A DNA stretch of 64,000 nt from an uncultured Candidatus Saccharibacteria bacterium (GTDB lineage: Bacteria; Patescibacteriota; Dojkabacteria; J137): the NCBI GenBank assembly GCA_964607415.1, contig CAZSKK010000002.1:352585-416584 (forward strand), given 5' to 3'. Positions 28,713-39,172 of this stretch are shown here, piece by piece. The stretch's first letter is position 1. Each line of letters opens with the position of its first letter. Below the pieces are notes generated by a model. It did no database searches and was not told the DNA's origin. It saw nothing but the letters and a program-made list of their open reading frames with translations. The position numbers and the translations under genes were made by a program.

Positions 28713-30264
28713 AAGTTTGATTTTTTTTATCGGGCTGGGCTTATTTGCCTTAGCATTTCTGCCTATAATTCTCTATTTGATAAATATCAATTCCCAAAGT
28801 TTAATTGCAGATGACTATGCAATGTTTGAGTACTATAAAAGCAAGCCTTTAGTCGATATTATTTTGGATATAATATTTACACGACAAACACCACATGTAA
28901 GATTTGTTTTTATACCACATTTGATTTTCATACCGTTTTTTAAATATACCTCGGGACAAGTTTGGGCAGTTAATCTATTCTTCATATTTATATTCTTGCA
29001 ACTGTTCGGTCTAATTCCATTTTTTTTGGCGAAGATTTTAAAACTAAAAAAAATTAAACTAATAACTCAATGCTTGTTTATAATTTTTACTTTTTTGACA
29101 TTAAATTATCAAATATGGTTCTTATTAGACTTTAAACTAGGTAGCTATATTATTACAGGAGTGATATTTATGTTATGTTATATATACTTACTAATTAATA
29201 TAAATCTTAACAGAACTAAAAATCTTATTCTTATAATCTTGGCGTTTATTTTAAGTCTTCATGCAACTGATATCAATATACTTTTAATTATTCCTACTAT
29301 TATAATTGTTCTTTTTCAAGAAATAAAACTGAAGAGTAAAATCATTATTTTACTAATTACAATAGGATATCCACCATTGTTTTACATTGCGAATAAAAGA
29401 CTAATACCTCGTCAATCAGCCTTATTTCAAGATAATGATTTACACGAATTATTAAAGATTTTTAAAGAAAAACTTTGGTACTTTATTATTGAAAACAAGT
29501 ATATGGTTCTGCTGGTTTTAGTATTTTTACTATTTAGCATAGCATTATCTGTTTTTTCTTTTTCAAAAGCATCTTTGAAAAAAACTAGTGCTAAATCATA
29601 TATAAACAAATACGTCTTTCAGAACATGGAGGTAGTGTTAAGTTCTTTCTTTATTTTTTATGGATTTGGCCTTTTATTTGTAACTAATTTAGCATATGGT
29701 GGCTGGATAAATCCCCATCAGTACTCAGTAGCGTATTTAATGCTTATCTTTAGTTTTATCTTTTCAGTTAAATATGTTTACGAGAATAAATTTTTAGTAA
29801 AGTACTCGAAAGTATTTGTTTTAATTGCCATAGTGTGTGTCGGTTTCATTAGTTTTAACGCATTCAAAGATTTTCGTTACTACTTACGAGAAAGATACTA
29901 CGAAATACAGGCAATAGAAATTTTAGAAAACTATACAACTTCTAATACGAACGAGTTTGGTGAAAAAAATCTAATAGTTATTGATGAGTGGCCTGATTAT
30001 TATCTTAAGTTCTTTTCTATACAGGCATTTTATGACATCGATTGGGCCAGTAGAAGCTATGCAGACAAGAGCTTAAATAAAGATGGGAAATCTTTTACAA
30101 TTGCAGATAAAAATTTTAAGTATGAAAAGGCTTACGATAGAATTTTGTTAGTGAATTATAACCCCACCAATAAATCTTTAAATTTTGATCTTAAAGACTG
30201 TATGTCTAATAACTGTAAAGAAGTGTATAATCAATTTTATGAAGGTTTATCTTCCACAAAATAA
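28690..30264 (+). CDS. Polytopic membrane protein, candidate GT-C fold glycosyltransferase
   Basis: At least 10 TM helices, then a soluble C-terminal domain of about 120 aa. Acidic pair ADDYAMFEY in the first extracytoplasmic loop. Directly downstream of the GtrB-like GT2. Confidence 0.35.
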   Translation: MKKLQNNKSLIFFIGLGLFALAFLPIILYLININSQSLIADDYAMFEYYKSKPLVDIILDIIFTRQTPHVRFVFIPHLIFIPFFKYTSGQVWAVNLFFIFIFLQLFGLIPFFLAKILKLKKIKLITQCLFIIFTFLTLNYQIWFLLDFKLGSYIITGVIFMLCYIYLLININLNRTKNLILIILAFILSLHATDINILLIIPTIIIVLFQEIKLKSKIIILLITIGYPPLFYIANKRLIPRQSALFQDNDLHELLKIFKEKLWYFIIENKYMVLLVLVFLLFSIALSVFSFSKASLKKTSAKSYINKYVFQNMEVVLSSFFIFYGFGLLFVTNLAYGGWINPHQYSVAYLMLIFSFIFSVKYVYENKFLVKYSKVFVLIAIVCVGFISFNAFKDFRYYLRERYYEIQAIEILENYTTSNTNEFGEKNLIVIDEWPDYYLKFFSIQAFYDIDWASRSYADKSLNKDGKSFTIADKNFKYEKAYDRILLVNYNPTNKSLNFDLKDCMSNNCKEVYNQFYEGLSSTK

Positions 30265-31291
30265 TTTAAGTGAAGTTGCTGGGGCTAATACTTTTTTATC
30301 TAATCTTATAGACTATATCAACACAACAGATGTGGATATAGTTAATAATCCAAGGGACAGCGATGTAATCCTTATTAATATACAAGGAGATAAAAACTTA
30401 ATAGATCTAGCATCAAGTTATAATATTCCAATAGTACAAAGATTGGATGGTGTATTTTATCCAGAAAAGCACCCCGATTATTTAGAAAAGAATCTTCCGA
30501 TTATTAATATTTATAAGAATATAGCCACAAAAGTCATTTTCCAGAGTAACTACTCTATGAGTCAATGTTTTGAGATGCTTGGTGAGATCCCAAGAAATAA
30601 ATATGAAATAGTAATAAATGGTGTAAATCCGTCAATTTTTTATAAGCCTGCAAAAAAAAATATAAAAATCAAAAAATTCAGATTTGTTACTACAGCAAGG
30701 TTCAGAAAAAGAGAAATGATAGCCCCAATAGTTAAAGCTCTAGATCTTTTAAAAAAGAGCATAGATTTCGAGTTAGTTGTAGCTGGACCTATTGTTAACG
30801 ATGAAAGAAAAATATATTTTGACATGGACGATATAAAAAGAAATGGTGTTGCACATCTTAAGCAGATTGATCCAATCATTGAGTTTTTCGACAGAGAATA
30901 CATTAAATTTGCAGGAAGCTTAGGTTCAAGTGAAGTTGCAAATTTGCTTAGGGAGTCTGATATATTTTTCTACTCCCATTTAAACCCGCCTTGCCCTAAC
31001 TCAGTAGTCGAAGCAGTGGCCTGTGGTCTGCCAGTTGTAGGATTTAATAGCGGATCTATGGAAGAACTATTATTCTTTGCAAAAGATTTACTTGCAAATG
31101 TTTCTGAAAAATTGATTCATATTGAAAGTGATTTAGACGAACATAAGCTTCTCGAAAAAATAAAACTTTGTGTAGACAATTTTGATCGATATAAAAAGAT
31201 TAGTGAGGAAAATGCTAGCATTTATAACTTTGAAAATTGCGGAAGTAGTTACTTAAAAATATTTAGAGAATCAATCAAGCTAAAAAAATAA
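30239..31291 (+). CDS. Glycosyltransferase family 4
   Basis: LNPPCPNSVVEAVACGLPVVGFNSGSMEEL. Start placed at the internal ATG (MKVYLPQ); the ORF-track TTG start at 30185 would overlap the upstream gene by 80 nt. Confidence 0.65.
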   Translation: MKVYLPQNNLSEVAGANTFLSNLIDYINTTDVDIVNNPRDSDVILINIQGDKNLIDLASSYNIPIVQRLDGVFYPEKHPDYLEKNLPIINIYKNIATKVIFQSNYSMSQCFEMLGEIPRNKYEIVINGVNPSIFYKPAKKNIKIKKFRFVTTARFRKREMIAPIVKALDLLKKSIDFELVVAGPIVNDERKIYFDMDDIKRNGVAHLKQIDPIIEFFDREYIKFAGSLGSSEVANLLRESDIFFYSHLNPPCPNSVVEAVACGLPVVGFNSGSMEELLFFAKDLLANVSEKLIHIESDLDEHKLLEKIKLCVDNFDRYKKISEENASIYNFENCGSSYLKIFRESIKLKK

Positions 31292-31292
31292 G

Positions 31293-32789
31293 ATGAAAAC
31301 TCCTAAATTATCAGTTGTGATGGCAAACCATAATGGGCAAGAGTTTCTTAAAGAAGCAATCGAAAGCATTCTAAATCAAACTTTCGATGACTTTGAGTTT
31401 ATTATTGTCGATGATTTTTCTAAAGATAATTCGCTAGAGATAATAAAAAGTTATAACGATAAAAGAATAGTCGTTATTAAAAATTCATCAAATTTAGGGC
31501 TTACAAAATCCTTGAATACTGGATTAAAAATAGCCAAAGGCGAGTTTATTGCAAGAATGGACTCTGATGATATTTCTGAACCAGACCGTTTTAAAAAACA
31601 GTTAGCATTTTTTGAAGAAAATTCAGAATACTCTGTTTTAGGGTGTTATGCACAGATAATAAATTCTAAAGGCAGTAAAGTAGGAGAATTGGTAAATCCT
31701 ATAGAGGATGAGGAAATAAAAGAATGTCTAATAATTGATAATGCAATGAGTCCGCATGGAGGTTTAATTATAAAAAAACAAGCCCTAGATGATATTGGAG
31801 GATATGATGAGTCAATATTAAAATCTCAAGATTATGATTTATTATTGAAGCTTTCTGAAAAATATAAAATGCATAATTTGCCAGAATTTCTTTATAGATG
31901 GAGAACCCATGGGAAAAGCATTTCAAATGCTTCGAGAGATTCTCAGGCTTATTACAAAAATTTGGCACAAGAAAATGCTATAAAAAGAAGGTACGCTAAA
32001 ATGCCAGTTACAGATCCAAGCCTTGCAGTTTTGTATTTATGTTTTGATAAAGTGAACATAGATTATAGACAAATAGAGACATTTTCTAAAGAAATTCATG
32101 CTTATGTGGTTTATCAGTCAAAAAACCAAAGAGACAGGTTAAGAAAAATAAATAACATAACACTTGTGAAAATGGACCGAAACATTAGTGAAAGCATTAA
32201 CAAAGCTACAAAACTTATAGTTGAAGATTGGGTATTATTAACAACAAATGGTTATTATATTTCAAACGAATTTTCTGTAGCTAATCTAAAAAAAATTATT
32301 GCTTTTGATATATATTCAGATGTTTTTATACCAAAAGTTTTTCATCATAAATTCAATACTTTTAACGACTTCTATTCAATTGTGATTTCAGATAATAAGG
32401 TTAAATTTGAGAACAGAAGCTTCAGTCGGTGTAATTTTCTTTTTACAGGCTCTAGCATTGTAAATACAAATTTTCTTAAAAAAAATTTTTTTTCAAGGAG
32501 ATTTATTCCAATATTTAACGATTTAGATATGTCATTAAGATTATTATTAGAAGGAAACGAGTTAAAAGCAAGGCTAGTAGATACAGTCCAGTTAGATTAT
32601 GCATACGAAATCACAGATAAAACAACCCAATATGTATCATCTTCTATATTTACGTCTAGACTTGAAAAAAATTTCAAAAATATAAGACAAAAATATAATC
32701 TTGGCTTTGAAGCATTTGTGTATAATTTCGTCAAAAATAAGTCAGAGGAGTTCTTCCTTAATACTAAAAAATTTAAAACTATTAAGTAA
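31293..32789 (+). CDS. Glycosyltransferase family 2 with a C-terminal extension
   Basis: LSVVMANHNGQEFLKEAIESILNQTFDDFEFIIVDDFSKDNS; ARMDSDDIS. Confidence 0.7.
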   Translation: MKTPKLSVVMANHNGQEFLKEAIESILNQTFDDFEFIIVDDFSKDNSLEIIKSYNDKRIVVIKNSSNLGLTKSLNTGLKIAKGEFIARMDSDDISEPDRFKKQLAFFEENSEYSVLGCYAQIINSKGSKVGELVNPIEDEEIKECLIIDNAMSPHGGLIIKKQALDDIGGYDESILKSQDYDLLLKLSEKYKMHNLPEFLYRWRTHGKSISNASRDSQAYYKNLAQENAIKRRYAKMPVTDPSLAVLYLCFDKVNIDYRQIETFSKEIHAYVVYQSKNQRDRLRKINNITLVKMDRNISESINKATKLIVEDWVLLTTNGYYISNEFSVANLKKIIAFDIYSDVFIPKVFHHKFNTFNDFYSIVISDNKVKFENRSFSRCNFLFTGSSIVNTNFLKKNFFSRRFIPIFNDLDMSLRLLLEGNELKARLVDTVQLDYAYEITDKTTQYVSSSIFTSRLEKNFKNIRQKYNLGFEAFVYNFVKNKSEEFFLNTKKFKTIK

Positions 32790-32795
32790 TAAAAT

Positions 32796-33641
32796 ATGGC
32801 AAAAGTTAGCGTAATAATTCCTTGTTATAATCATGGTCAGTATATAGATGAAGCAGTTCAGTCAGTTTTGGACCAGTCGTTCCAGGATTTTGAAATAATT
32901 GTTGTTAATGATGGTTCAACAGACGAATATACTAATAAATTACTTAGCGATTATATAAAACCTAAAACTACAGTAATAAAAACAGAGTATAAAGGTCTTC
33001 ATTCTGCTCGGAACACAGCTATTTCCGCCGCTAAAGGGGAATATATATTGCCCCTAGATGCAGATGATAAAATAGGAACAAAATTTCTTGAACTAGCAGT
33101 TAATGTTTTAGACAAGAATAAAAAGGTAGGCATAGTGGGTAGCAATGTGGAGGCTTTTGGGGATCAGTCCTGGAAAGTAGAAACAAAAGCAGATACAAAA
33201 AGAATTCTTGTTGATAATTTCCTAGTAGCTACAAGTATGTTTAGGCGAAAAGATTGGGAAAAAGCAGGAGGATATAAGACTAACATGAAATACGGATGGG
33301 AGGATTATGACTTTTGGCTTACTTTATTAGAAAATGGTGCTGATATAAAAATAATATCAGAATGGTTTTACTATAGGAAAGTTAATAGCAGCTCCAATAG
33401 GCCGTTTTCACTAAGCTCAATGACTAAGGAAATGCGAGAGATGTCTTTTATCCAATTGTTTGAAAACCATCCAAAGCTTTATAAAGAAAATATTGATGTT
33501 TTGCTTAAATACATTAACGAACAAAAATTTGTAATATCTGATTTACAACAGCAATTAGATTCTTTAAACAAAACATTGGATAAGTTTAGAAATAATCCAC
33601 TTTATAGAGGCATTAAGAGGGTAAAGAGATTTTTAGCTTGA
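32796..33641 (+). CDS. Glycosyltransferase family 2
   Basis: VSVIIPCYNHGQYIDEAVQSVLDQSFQDFEIIVVNDGSTD; LDADDK. Confidence 0.7.
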   Translation: MAKVSVIIPCYNHGQYIDEAVQSVLDQSFQDFEIIVVNDGSTDEYTNKLLSDYIKPKTTVIKTEYKGLHSARNTAISAAKGEYILPLDADDKIGTKFLELAVNVLDKNKKVGIVGSNVEAFGDQSWKVETKADTKRILVDNFLVATSMFRRKDWEKAGGYKTNMKYGWEDYDFWLTLLENGADIKIISEWFYYRKVNSSSNRPFSLSSMTKEMREMSFIQLFENHPKLYKENIDVLLKYINEQKFVISDLQQQLDSLNKTLDKFRNNPLYRGIKRVKRFLA

Positions 33642-34802
33642 AAGTAGTTCATTGAAAATCTTATTATAGTTTTTTTGCATGGTATCGAGTTCAAACTCTT
33701 TTTCCAGGGTAATGTTACTTTTATCTAGATTTTTTATTAAAACAAGTTTGTTTGAAATATCTGTAACAATATTGTCAGGGTCAGTTAAAAATCCATCTCT
33801 ACCTTCTTTGAAAACCTCGTTTATTGCGCCTACATTTGTAGACACTACAGGCACCTTTAGTGCTAGAGCTTCTAAGATTGCTAAGGGAATTCCTTCATAG
33901 ATTGAAGTTAGAATTAATGCTTTTGATTTACTTAGCACAGTCATAAATTTTTCATGAGATATGGGCCCTTTTATAAGAAAATTTGAAAGCTGTTCCGAAT
34001 CTTTTTTAAGTTCTTCAAAAAGCTCACCAGGACCCGCCATATAAAAATTTTTATCCTTATTCAGCGAGGCAAGTTTAATATAATCCTTTGGATTTTTCTG
34101 TTCTGAATATCTAGCTACCCAAATAAAGACATCGCTGTTTTGGAAAAAAGTAATTTCATCTGCATCTAGCAAGTTTTCGTTTACAGCTGTTCTGACTTCT
34201 TTTGGATCAATCCCATTGTATACTACGGATATTTTTTTAGGATTTATTTTATACCAGTCAACATATATTTTCTTTAACCGATTGCTTATAACTATTCTTT
34301 TATCAATATACTTATCAAATCCAGCTGAGTACATAGGCATTCCACCTCTATCATCTTTGCCTTCACCGCAATGAACTAGATCCACTGTTGGGAGATTGTG
34401 TAGCCTTTTAATATGCTCAAGTACTTGATAACCATTTGTAGAATTCTGTGTAAAGTAAACATCTGTTTTAACGAGTCGTGGGAAATTTATTAATAAATAA
34501 TTCTTGAGCTTATTAGGTATATATGTGAGGTTTATAACTGATTTGGAAACTTCCCTAAATTTTCTTATCCATTCATGCTGATTTTTATATGTGCAGAAGA
34601 TGTATACATCCCATCCATCTCGCTTTAAGCCCGAAAGAATCTGCAACATTACTCCTTCAGCACCACCTATAGTCGTCCAGGGTAGAGCCATTAGCACGAC
34701 TTTCTTTTTTGAAAGTAGTTTCCTATTGAGCAATAATATCAATAGAAATAATGAGAACAGTGTAATAAAAACTCGCAACATTTTTTTAAAGCTTTCTTTC
34801 AT
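33633..34802 (-). CDS. Glycosyltransferase family 4
   Basis: N-terminal TM. C-terminal EGIPLAILEALALKVPVVSTNVGAINEV. Confidence 0.7.
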   Translation of the reverse strand: MKESFKKMLRVFITLFSLFLLILLLNRKLLSKKKVVLMALPWTTIGGAEGVMLQILSGLKRDGWDVYIFCTYKNQHEWIRKFREVSKSVINLTYIPNKLKNYLLINFPRLVKTDVYFTQNSTNGYQVLEHIKRLHNLPTVDLVHCGEGKDDRGGMPMYSAGFDKYIDKRIVISNRLKKIYVDWYKINPKKISVVYNGIDPKEVRTAVNENLLDADEITFFQNSDVFIWVARYSEQKNPKDYIKLASLNKDKNFYMAGPGELFEELKKDSEQLSNFLIKGPISHEKFMTVLSKSKALILTSIYEGIPLAILEALALKVPVVSTNVGAINEVFKEGRDGFLTDPDNIVTDISNKLVLIKNLDKSNITLEKEFELDTMQKNYNKIFNELLSS

Positions 34803-34863
34803 ATATTTGATTAGTTTTCAAAAGTAATTTATTATATCAGAATTAAATCATACATTAATTCAC

Positions 34864-35529
34864 ATGGAATATAAAACGGATAAAAAAGGATATCTATCGA
34901 ATTATGAGATATATTTTTCAAATTTAAAAGACCAAGAGGTCAAGCTGCTAGAGCTTGGCATATTAGAGGCAGGGTCGCTTTTTTATTGGAGAGATTATTT
35001 CAAAAAAGGTGAAATAGTTGGTTTAGATATAAATGAAATTAATATTAAAGATAATGCAAGAATAAAGACATATGTTGGTGATCAAAAAAATGTATCGCTA
35101 CTAGAAAAAATTACAAAAGAAAATACTAAAGAAGGTTTTGACATTATTATAGACGATGCTTCACACTTTGGTCATGAGACTTTTGTTAGCTTTACATATT
35201 TGTTTAAAAATGCTCTGAAACCTGGCGGTATATATGTAATAGAAGATTGGGGTACTGGGTATTGGCCACACTATCCAGATGGTAAGAGCTTTAAGTTTGA
35301 TAATAATCATATAAGTTCTTACTTCCATAAAACTTTCAAAACTAAAACAAGAAGAATTAAGTCATTCCCAAATTTTTCTAATGGTATGGTGGGCGTAATT
35401 AAGCAGTTAGTAGATGAGGTAGCAATTGGTGACGCTACAAACAGCGAATATACAAAATATCATGAAATTGGCTCAACTATAGAAAAAGTAATTATTTCAA
35501 AAGGGATAACTTTTATTTTTAGAGTTTAG
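34864..35529 (+). CDS. SAM-dependent methyltransferase-like protein (CmcI/Methyltransf_24-like)
   Basis: LLELGILEAGSLFYW ... IVGLDIN ... FDIIIDDASH ... LKPGGIYVIED, resembling sugar O-methyltransferases of this family. Confidence 0.5.
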   Translation: MEYKTDKKGYLSNYEIYFSNLKDQEVKLLELGILEAGSLFYWRDYFKKGEIVGLDINEINIKDNARIKTYVGDQKNVSLLEKITKENTKEGFDIIIDDASHFGHETFVSFTYLFKNALKPGGIYVIEDWGTGYWPHYPDGKSFKFDNNHISSYFHKTFKTKTRRIKSFPNFSNGMVGVIKQLVDEVAIGDATNSEYTKYHEIGSTIEKVIISKGITFIFRV

Positions 35530-35571
35530 TAATAAATACTAGATCTGTTTACCTGATTTAATTGAAAAAAT

Positions 35572-36528
35572 TTAAGTCTCTGTGGCAAATGACATGAGTT
35601 CTTTTGAATCCTTAAATCCAACGTATCTGCTGGAATCTTCAATGTCCCCAACGGCCAAAAACTTGCCATGCTTCTTATAAAATCTTCTTATTGCAGATTT
35701 CAGTTTGGCTTCATTATATCTTCCTGTTGTGTATGTAGAATCATTCATTGATTTTGTAAAATCAGCTCTTATATGTAAAACGATAGCCTCAGGGCAATTA
35801 AAAAACTCAAAGCCTGCTTGTTTTACCCTAAAGGCTTGTTCATTATCTTCATATGCACCAATAAATTCAGGATCCATTGGAATCTTTTTTAAAACTTCTG
35901 TTCTCCAAATTGCAACTCCAGGGAGCCAATCGCAGGATTTTTTTTCTAAGGTCGAATTGTCGGTGTAATCTTTTCCAGCATCAATGTCTTTAAAAATAAC
36001 CCATTCGTGATCATTAATAACTTGAGGATTGTTTAGCTGAATTTTCCCATTAGGTAAAACAATTTTTCCTAGAACGCCGGCAATTTTGTTATCAGATTTG
36101 ATGGTGTTTACAAGATGCTCAAAGTATCCAGGCATAAAAACCATGTCATTATCAATAAATGCAGTAAATTCACAAGCTGTGAATTTAGCAGAAAGTGCTC
36201 TTCCTCCTGATACTCCAAGATTTTCTTCGAGTAAAACTAAATCAATGTTACCTTTTTCTTCACTTAGTTTTTTCAAATACTCACGTGTTCCGTCATCAGA
36301 ATTAGAATCTATTGCAATTAAGTTAAAACAAATATTTGTTTTATATAATGATTTAATTGTTCGTTTGGTATCTTTAAGTCTGTTTAATGTTAGTAAAACT
36401 ATATCTATTTTGGTATCTGGCACTTGAAATGGATTTTTATTTGCAAATCTTTTAAGTTCAAATTGCATTAAGGGATATGGATATGATTTCCCAGAAATTT
36501 TTTTAAGTAGTTTCTTAATCAGTTTCAT
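35572..36528 (-). CDS. Glycosyltransferase family 2
   Basis: IVLLTLNRLKDTKRTIKSL...LIAIDSNSDDGTREYL; IDNDMVF. Confidence 0.65.
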   Translation of the reverse strand: MKLIKKLLKKISGKSYPYPLMQFELKRFANKNPFQVPDTKIDIVLLTLNRLKDTKRTIKSLYKTNICFNLIAIDSNSDDGTREYLKKLSEEKGNIDLVLLEENLGVSGGRALSAKFTACEFTAFIDNDMVFMPGYFEHLVNTIKSDNKIAGVLGKIVLPNGKIQLNNPQVINDHEWVIFKDIDAGKDYTDNSTLEKKSCDWLPGVAIWRTEVLKKIPMDPEFIGAYEDNEQAFRVKQAGFEFFNCPEAIVLHIRADFTKSMNDSTYTTGRYNEAKLKSAIRRFYKKHGKFLAVGDIEDSSRYVGFKDSKELMSFATET

Positions 36529-36590
36529 ATATAATCGCTAGTAATTTAGATATAATATTTTAACAGTACTTTACTTTTAAAACACTATTC

Positions 36591-37589
36591 ATGAGTAAAT
36601 ATCTAATTTCTGGTGGAGGCGGCTATATCGGTTCTCACATAGTTTATCTTCTTTTAAGCAAAGGACATGAAGTTGTTGTTATAGATAACTTTTCAAATAG
36701 CAGTGTAAGAAACCTTGTAAAAATTCAAGAAATACTAAATAAAGAAATTACGATTGTAAATAGGAACTTAATCTTTGATTTGAATGATTTTGATTTGCAA
36801 AACATTGATGGCGTTCTTCACTTTGCAGCATATAAAGCAGTGGGTGAATCGGTGAATAATCCTTTGAAATATTACAGAAATAATCTTCAAACAACTGTAA
36901 ACCTTCTGGAATGGTGTTTAAGAACCGGGGTGAGTAAATTCATATTCTCCTCCACAGCAGCGGTATATGGTTCAACGGAAAATATTCCAATTAGTGAAAA
37001 AGAACCTACAAGACCTGAATCTCCTTATGGTTTTTCTAAACTTTTTGCTGAACAAATAATTAAAGACTTTTGTAAAATCAATAAAGACTTTTCAGCCACA
37101 GCATTAAGGTACTTCAATGCCGCAGGTAATTTGGATTCAGGTGAGATTGGTGAAGAAGCAGAGAACCCAAGTAATTTAATTCCAGCTTTAATTACGAGTC
37201 ATTTGGGTTTGAGAGATGCCAAAATGAAAGTTTTTGGAACTGACTTTGAAACTGAAGATGGCTCAGGCGTAAGAGATTACATTAATGTTTTAGATCTAGT
37301 GGAGGCACATTATCAGGCTTTAGAATTTATGGATAATAATAAAGGCTATAATTTTTTTAATGTAGGGACAAATTCTGGCTACTCGGTTTTGGAAATAATA
37401 AAAACTTTTGAAAAAGTAAGCAACGAAAAAGTAGAGTACGAAGTTGTTGAAAGACGGCCAGGCGACCCAGCCGTATCAATTGCTGATAATTCTTTAATCA
37501 AAGAGAAATTAAACTGGATACCTAAAAAGGCCTTAGAGGAAACAATTAGAAGTTCCTGGCTTTGGTATAGAAACAATTATCAAAAGTAA
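36591..37589 (+). CDS. galE: UDP-glucose 4-epimerase (NAD-dependent epimerase/dehydratase, extended SDR)
   Basis: LISGGGGYIGSHIV; SSTAAVYG; YGFSK (Y-x3-K). The 332-aa length is typical of GalE. Confidence 0.75.
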   Translation: MSKYLISGGGGYIGSHIVYLLLSKGHEVVVIDNFSNSSVRNLVKIQEILNKEITIVNRNLIFDLNDFDLQNIDGVLHFAAYKAVGESVNNPLKYYRNNLQTTVNLLEWCLRTGVSKFIFSSTAAVYGSTENIPISEKEPTRPESPYGFSKLFAEQIIKDFCKINKDFSATALRYFNAAGNLDSGEIGEEAENPSNLIPALITSHLGLRDAKMKVFGTDFETEDGSGVRDYINVLDLVEAHYQALEFMDNNKGYNFFNVGTNSGYSVLEIIKTFEKVSNEKVEYEVVERRPGDPAVSIADNSLIKEKLNWIPKKALEETIRSSWLWYRNNYQK

Positions 37590-38405
37590 CTAAATCTTCT
37601 CGAACCCGTGTTTTTTTCTAATTCTATTATTAGAATCTAGAATTTCTTTCAAAAGCTTAGGATCATAACCTGCATCTTCACTGGAAGATATAAATGCTTT
37701 TAAGTCTTTAGGTAAACATTTACCTTCAAATCCTCGTTTATCAACAAAAACTCCGGTATGTGATCTTCCTATTCTTGAATCCATTAACCATCCTTCTCTT
37801 GCTTCATTGTAGTCAACTCCAAGGGCTTCACAAATATCATAAAATTCGTTTGCTAAAGTAATTTTAGTAGCTAAAAATACATTTTCCATATACTTAATTA
37901 CTTCAGCAGTTTTGGTATCAGTTTGCATATATTTGACATGTGCACCTAATTTTCTAATGAATATATTTAAAATCTTTGAAGTTACTTTTTTATCTCCGCC
38001 AATTATCATAAAGTCGTGGTATTGTGGGTCAGTTGGATGAGGGTAAATCCAGTAAGGTATAAAATATCCCCCCTCACCAATATACTCAGGGCTAAATGCA
38101 ATATTTAGCTTTGGATATTTTTTCTGTAATTTTGCTGTTGTCCCTGGTTTAACAGTTGATTTAATCAAAATTAGGGGTGTTTCCAACCATTCAAAAGTTC
38201 CTTCAACTATACTCGTGTCACAACTTTTGCCGTCTTCGCTAGTAGGAGTAGGTACACAAATTATGGCAAGTTCACATTGATTTACTTCTTCTTTAGAGGA
38301 AGACTCAATATCTTTTGTGAATGGATCATAAACTAAAGCTTCAGGGAAAACTTTGTGATAAGCTTTACCTACATACCCGTACCCGATTATCGCTACTTTT
38401 ATCAT
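37590..38405 (-). CDS. UDP-glucose/GDP-mannose dehydrogenase family protein, short form lacking the C-terminal UDP-binding domain
   Basis: N-terminal KVAIIGYGYVGKAY (NAD binding). Catalytic Cys context FEGKCLPKDLKAF (compare GGSCFPKD). The protein ends about 25 aa later, at 271 aa. Confidence 0.5.
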   Translation of the reverse strand: MIKVAIIGYGYVGKAYHKVFPEALVYDPFTKDIESSSKEEVNQCELAIICVPTPTSEDGKSCDTSIVEGTFEWLETPLILIKSTVKPGTTAKLQKKYPKLNIAFSPEYIGEGGYFIPYWIYPHPTDPQYHDFMIIGGDKKVTSKILNIFIRKLGAHVKYMQTDTKTAEVIKYMENVFLATKITLANEFYDICEALGVDYNEAREGWLMDSRIGRSHTGVFVDKRGFEGKCLPKDLKAFISSSEDAGYDPKLLKEILDSNNRIRKKHGFEKI

Positions 38406-38416
38406 AAATTTAGTAA

Positions 38417-39172
38417 TTATAAGTTATATTTAATAATCTCCACTAAAGCCTTAAACCCATCTTTAAATGCTTTCATTTTTTTACCTTCAGCCATTGATCT
38501 AGGTTTATATGTTATTGGCACAACCCCAAACTTTAAATGTTTACCGTTAAGTTTATATTTAGAAAGCTTAGCTGTAATTTCTGGTTCAAATCCAAAATTG
38601 CTTGTTGCGTGAATTTTGCTTCCAACTTCTCTAAAAATTTCACCTCTTGTAAGTTTATAACAAACCTCCATATCAGGAATCCACACTCTAATTCTTGGGT
38701 AAGTAAATAAATTGGAAAATAGTGTCAACATTTTATTTCCAAAATAGTTTTGCCAATAAATAACTTTATTTTTCTTGCCAAATCTATTTCCATAAACAAC
38801 ATCAAGATTTTTTTCATCCATTAATTTAAGAAGATCAACAACTTCATTAGGATCATATTCAAGATCCGCATCTTGAATTACTACTAAATCTCCTGTTGAT
38901 TCAACGATCCCTTTTTTTACGGTTGGAGTTTTCCCTAAGTTTCTTTCATTAGTAAAAACTTTGATTTCTTCATGTTTTTTAGCAAGATCCTGCATAATCT
39001 CCCAACTTTTATCTTTGGATCCATCGTTTACAATTACAACTTCTTTTTCAAAGTTATCTGGTAATTTTACTTTAAGAACTATGTCTACAATTTGATTCAA
39101 CGTTTTTTCTTCGTTGTAAACAGGCATTACAAAAGTTAAAATTTTATTACTCATGACTTCTATATCTAACAA
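38417..39172 (-). CDS. GT2 glycosyltransferase, dolichyl/undecaprenyl-phosphate sugar synthase-like (DPM1/GtrB catalytic domain, no TM)
   Basis: LTFVMPVYNEEKTLNQIVDIVL...VVIVNDGSKDKS; IQDADLEYDP. Confidence 0.7.
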   Translation of the reverse strand: MLDIEVMSNKILTFVMPVYNEEKTLNQIVDIVLKVKLPDNFEKEVVIVNDGSKDKSWEIMQDLAKKHEEIKVFTNERNLGKTPTVKKGIVESTGDLVVIQDADLEYDPNEVVDLLKLMDEKNLDVVYGNRFGKKNKVIYWQNYFGNKMLTLFSNLFTYPRIRVWIPDMEVCYKLTRGEIFREVGSKIHATSNFGFEPEITAKLSKYKLNGKHLKFGVVPITYKPRSMAEGKKMKAFKDGFKALVEIIKYNL

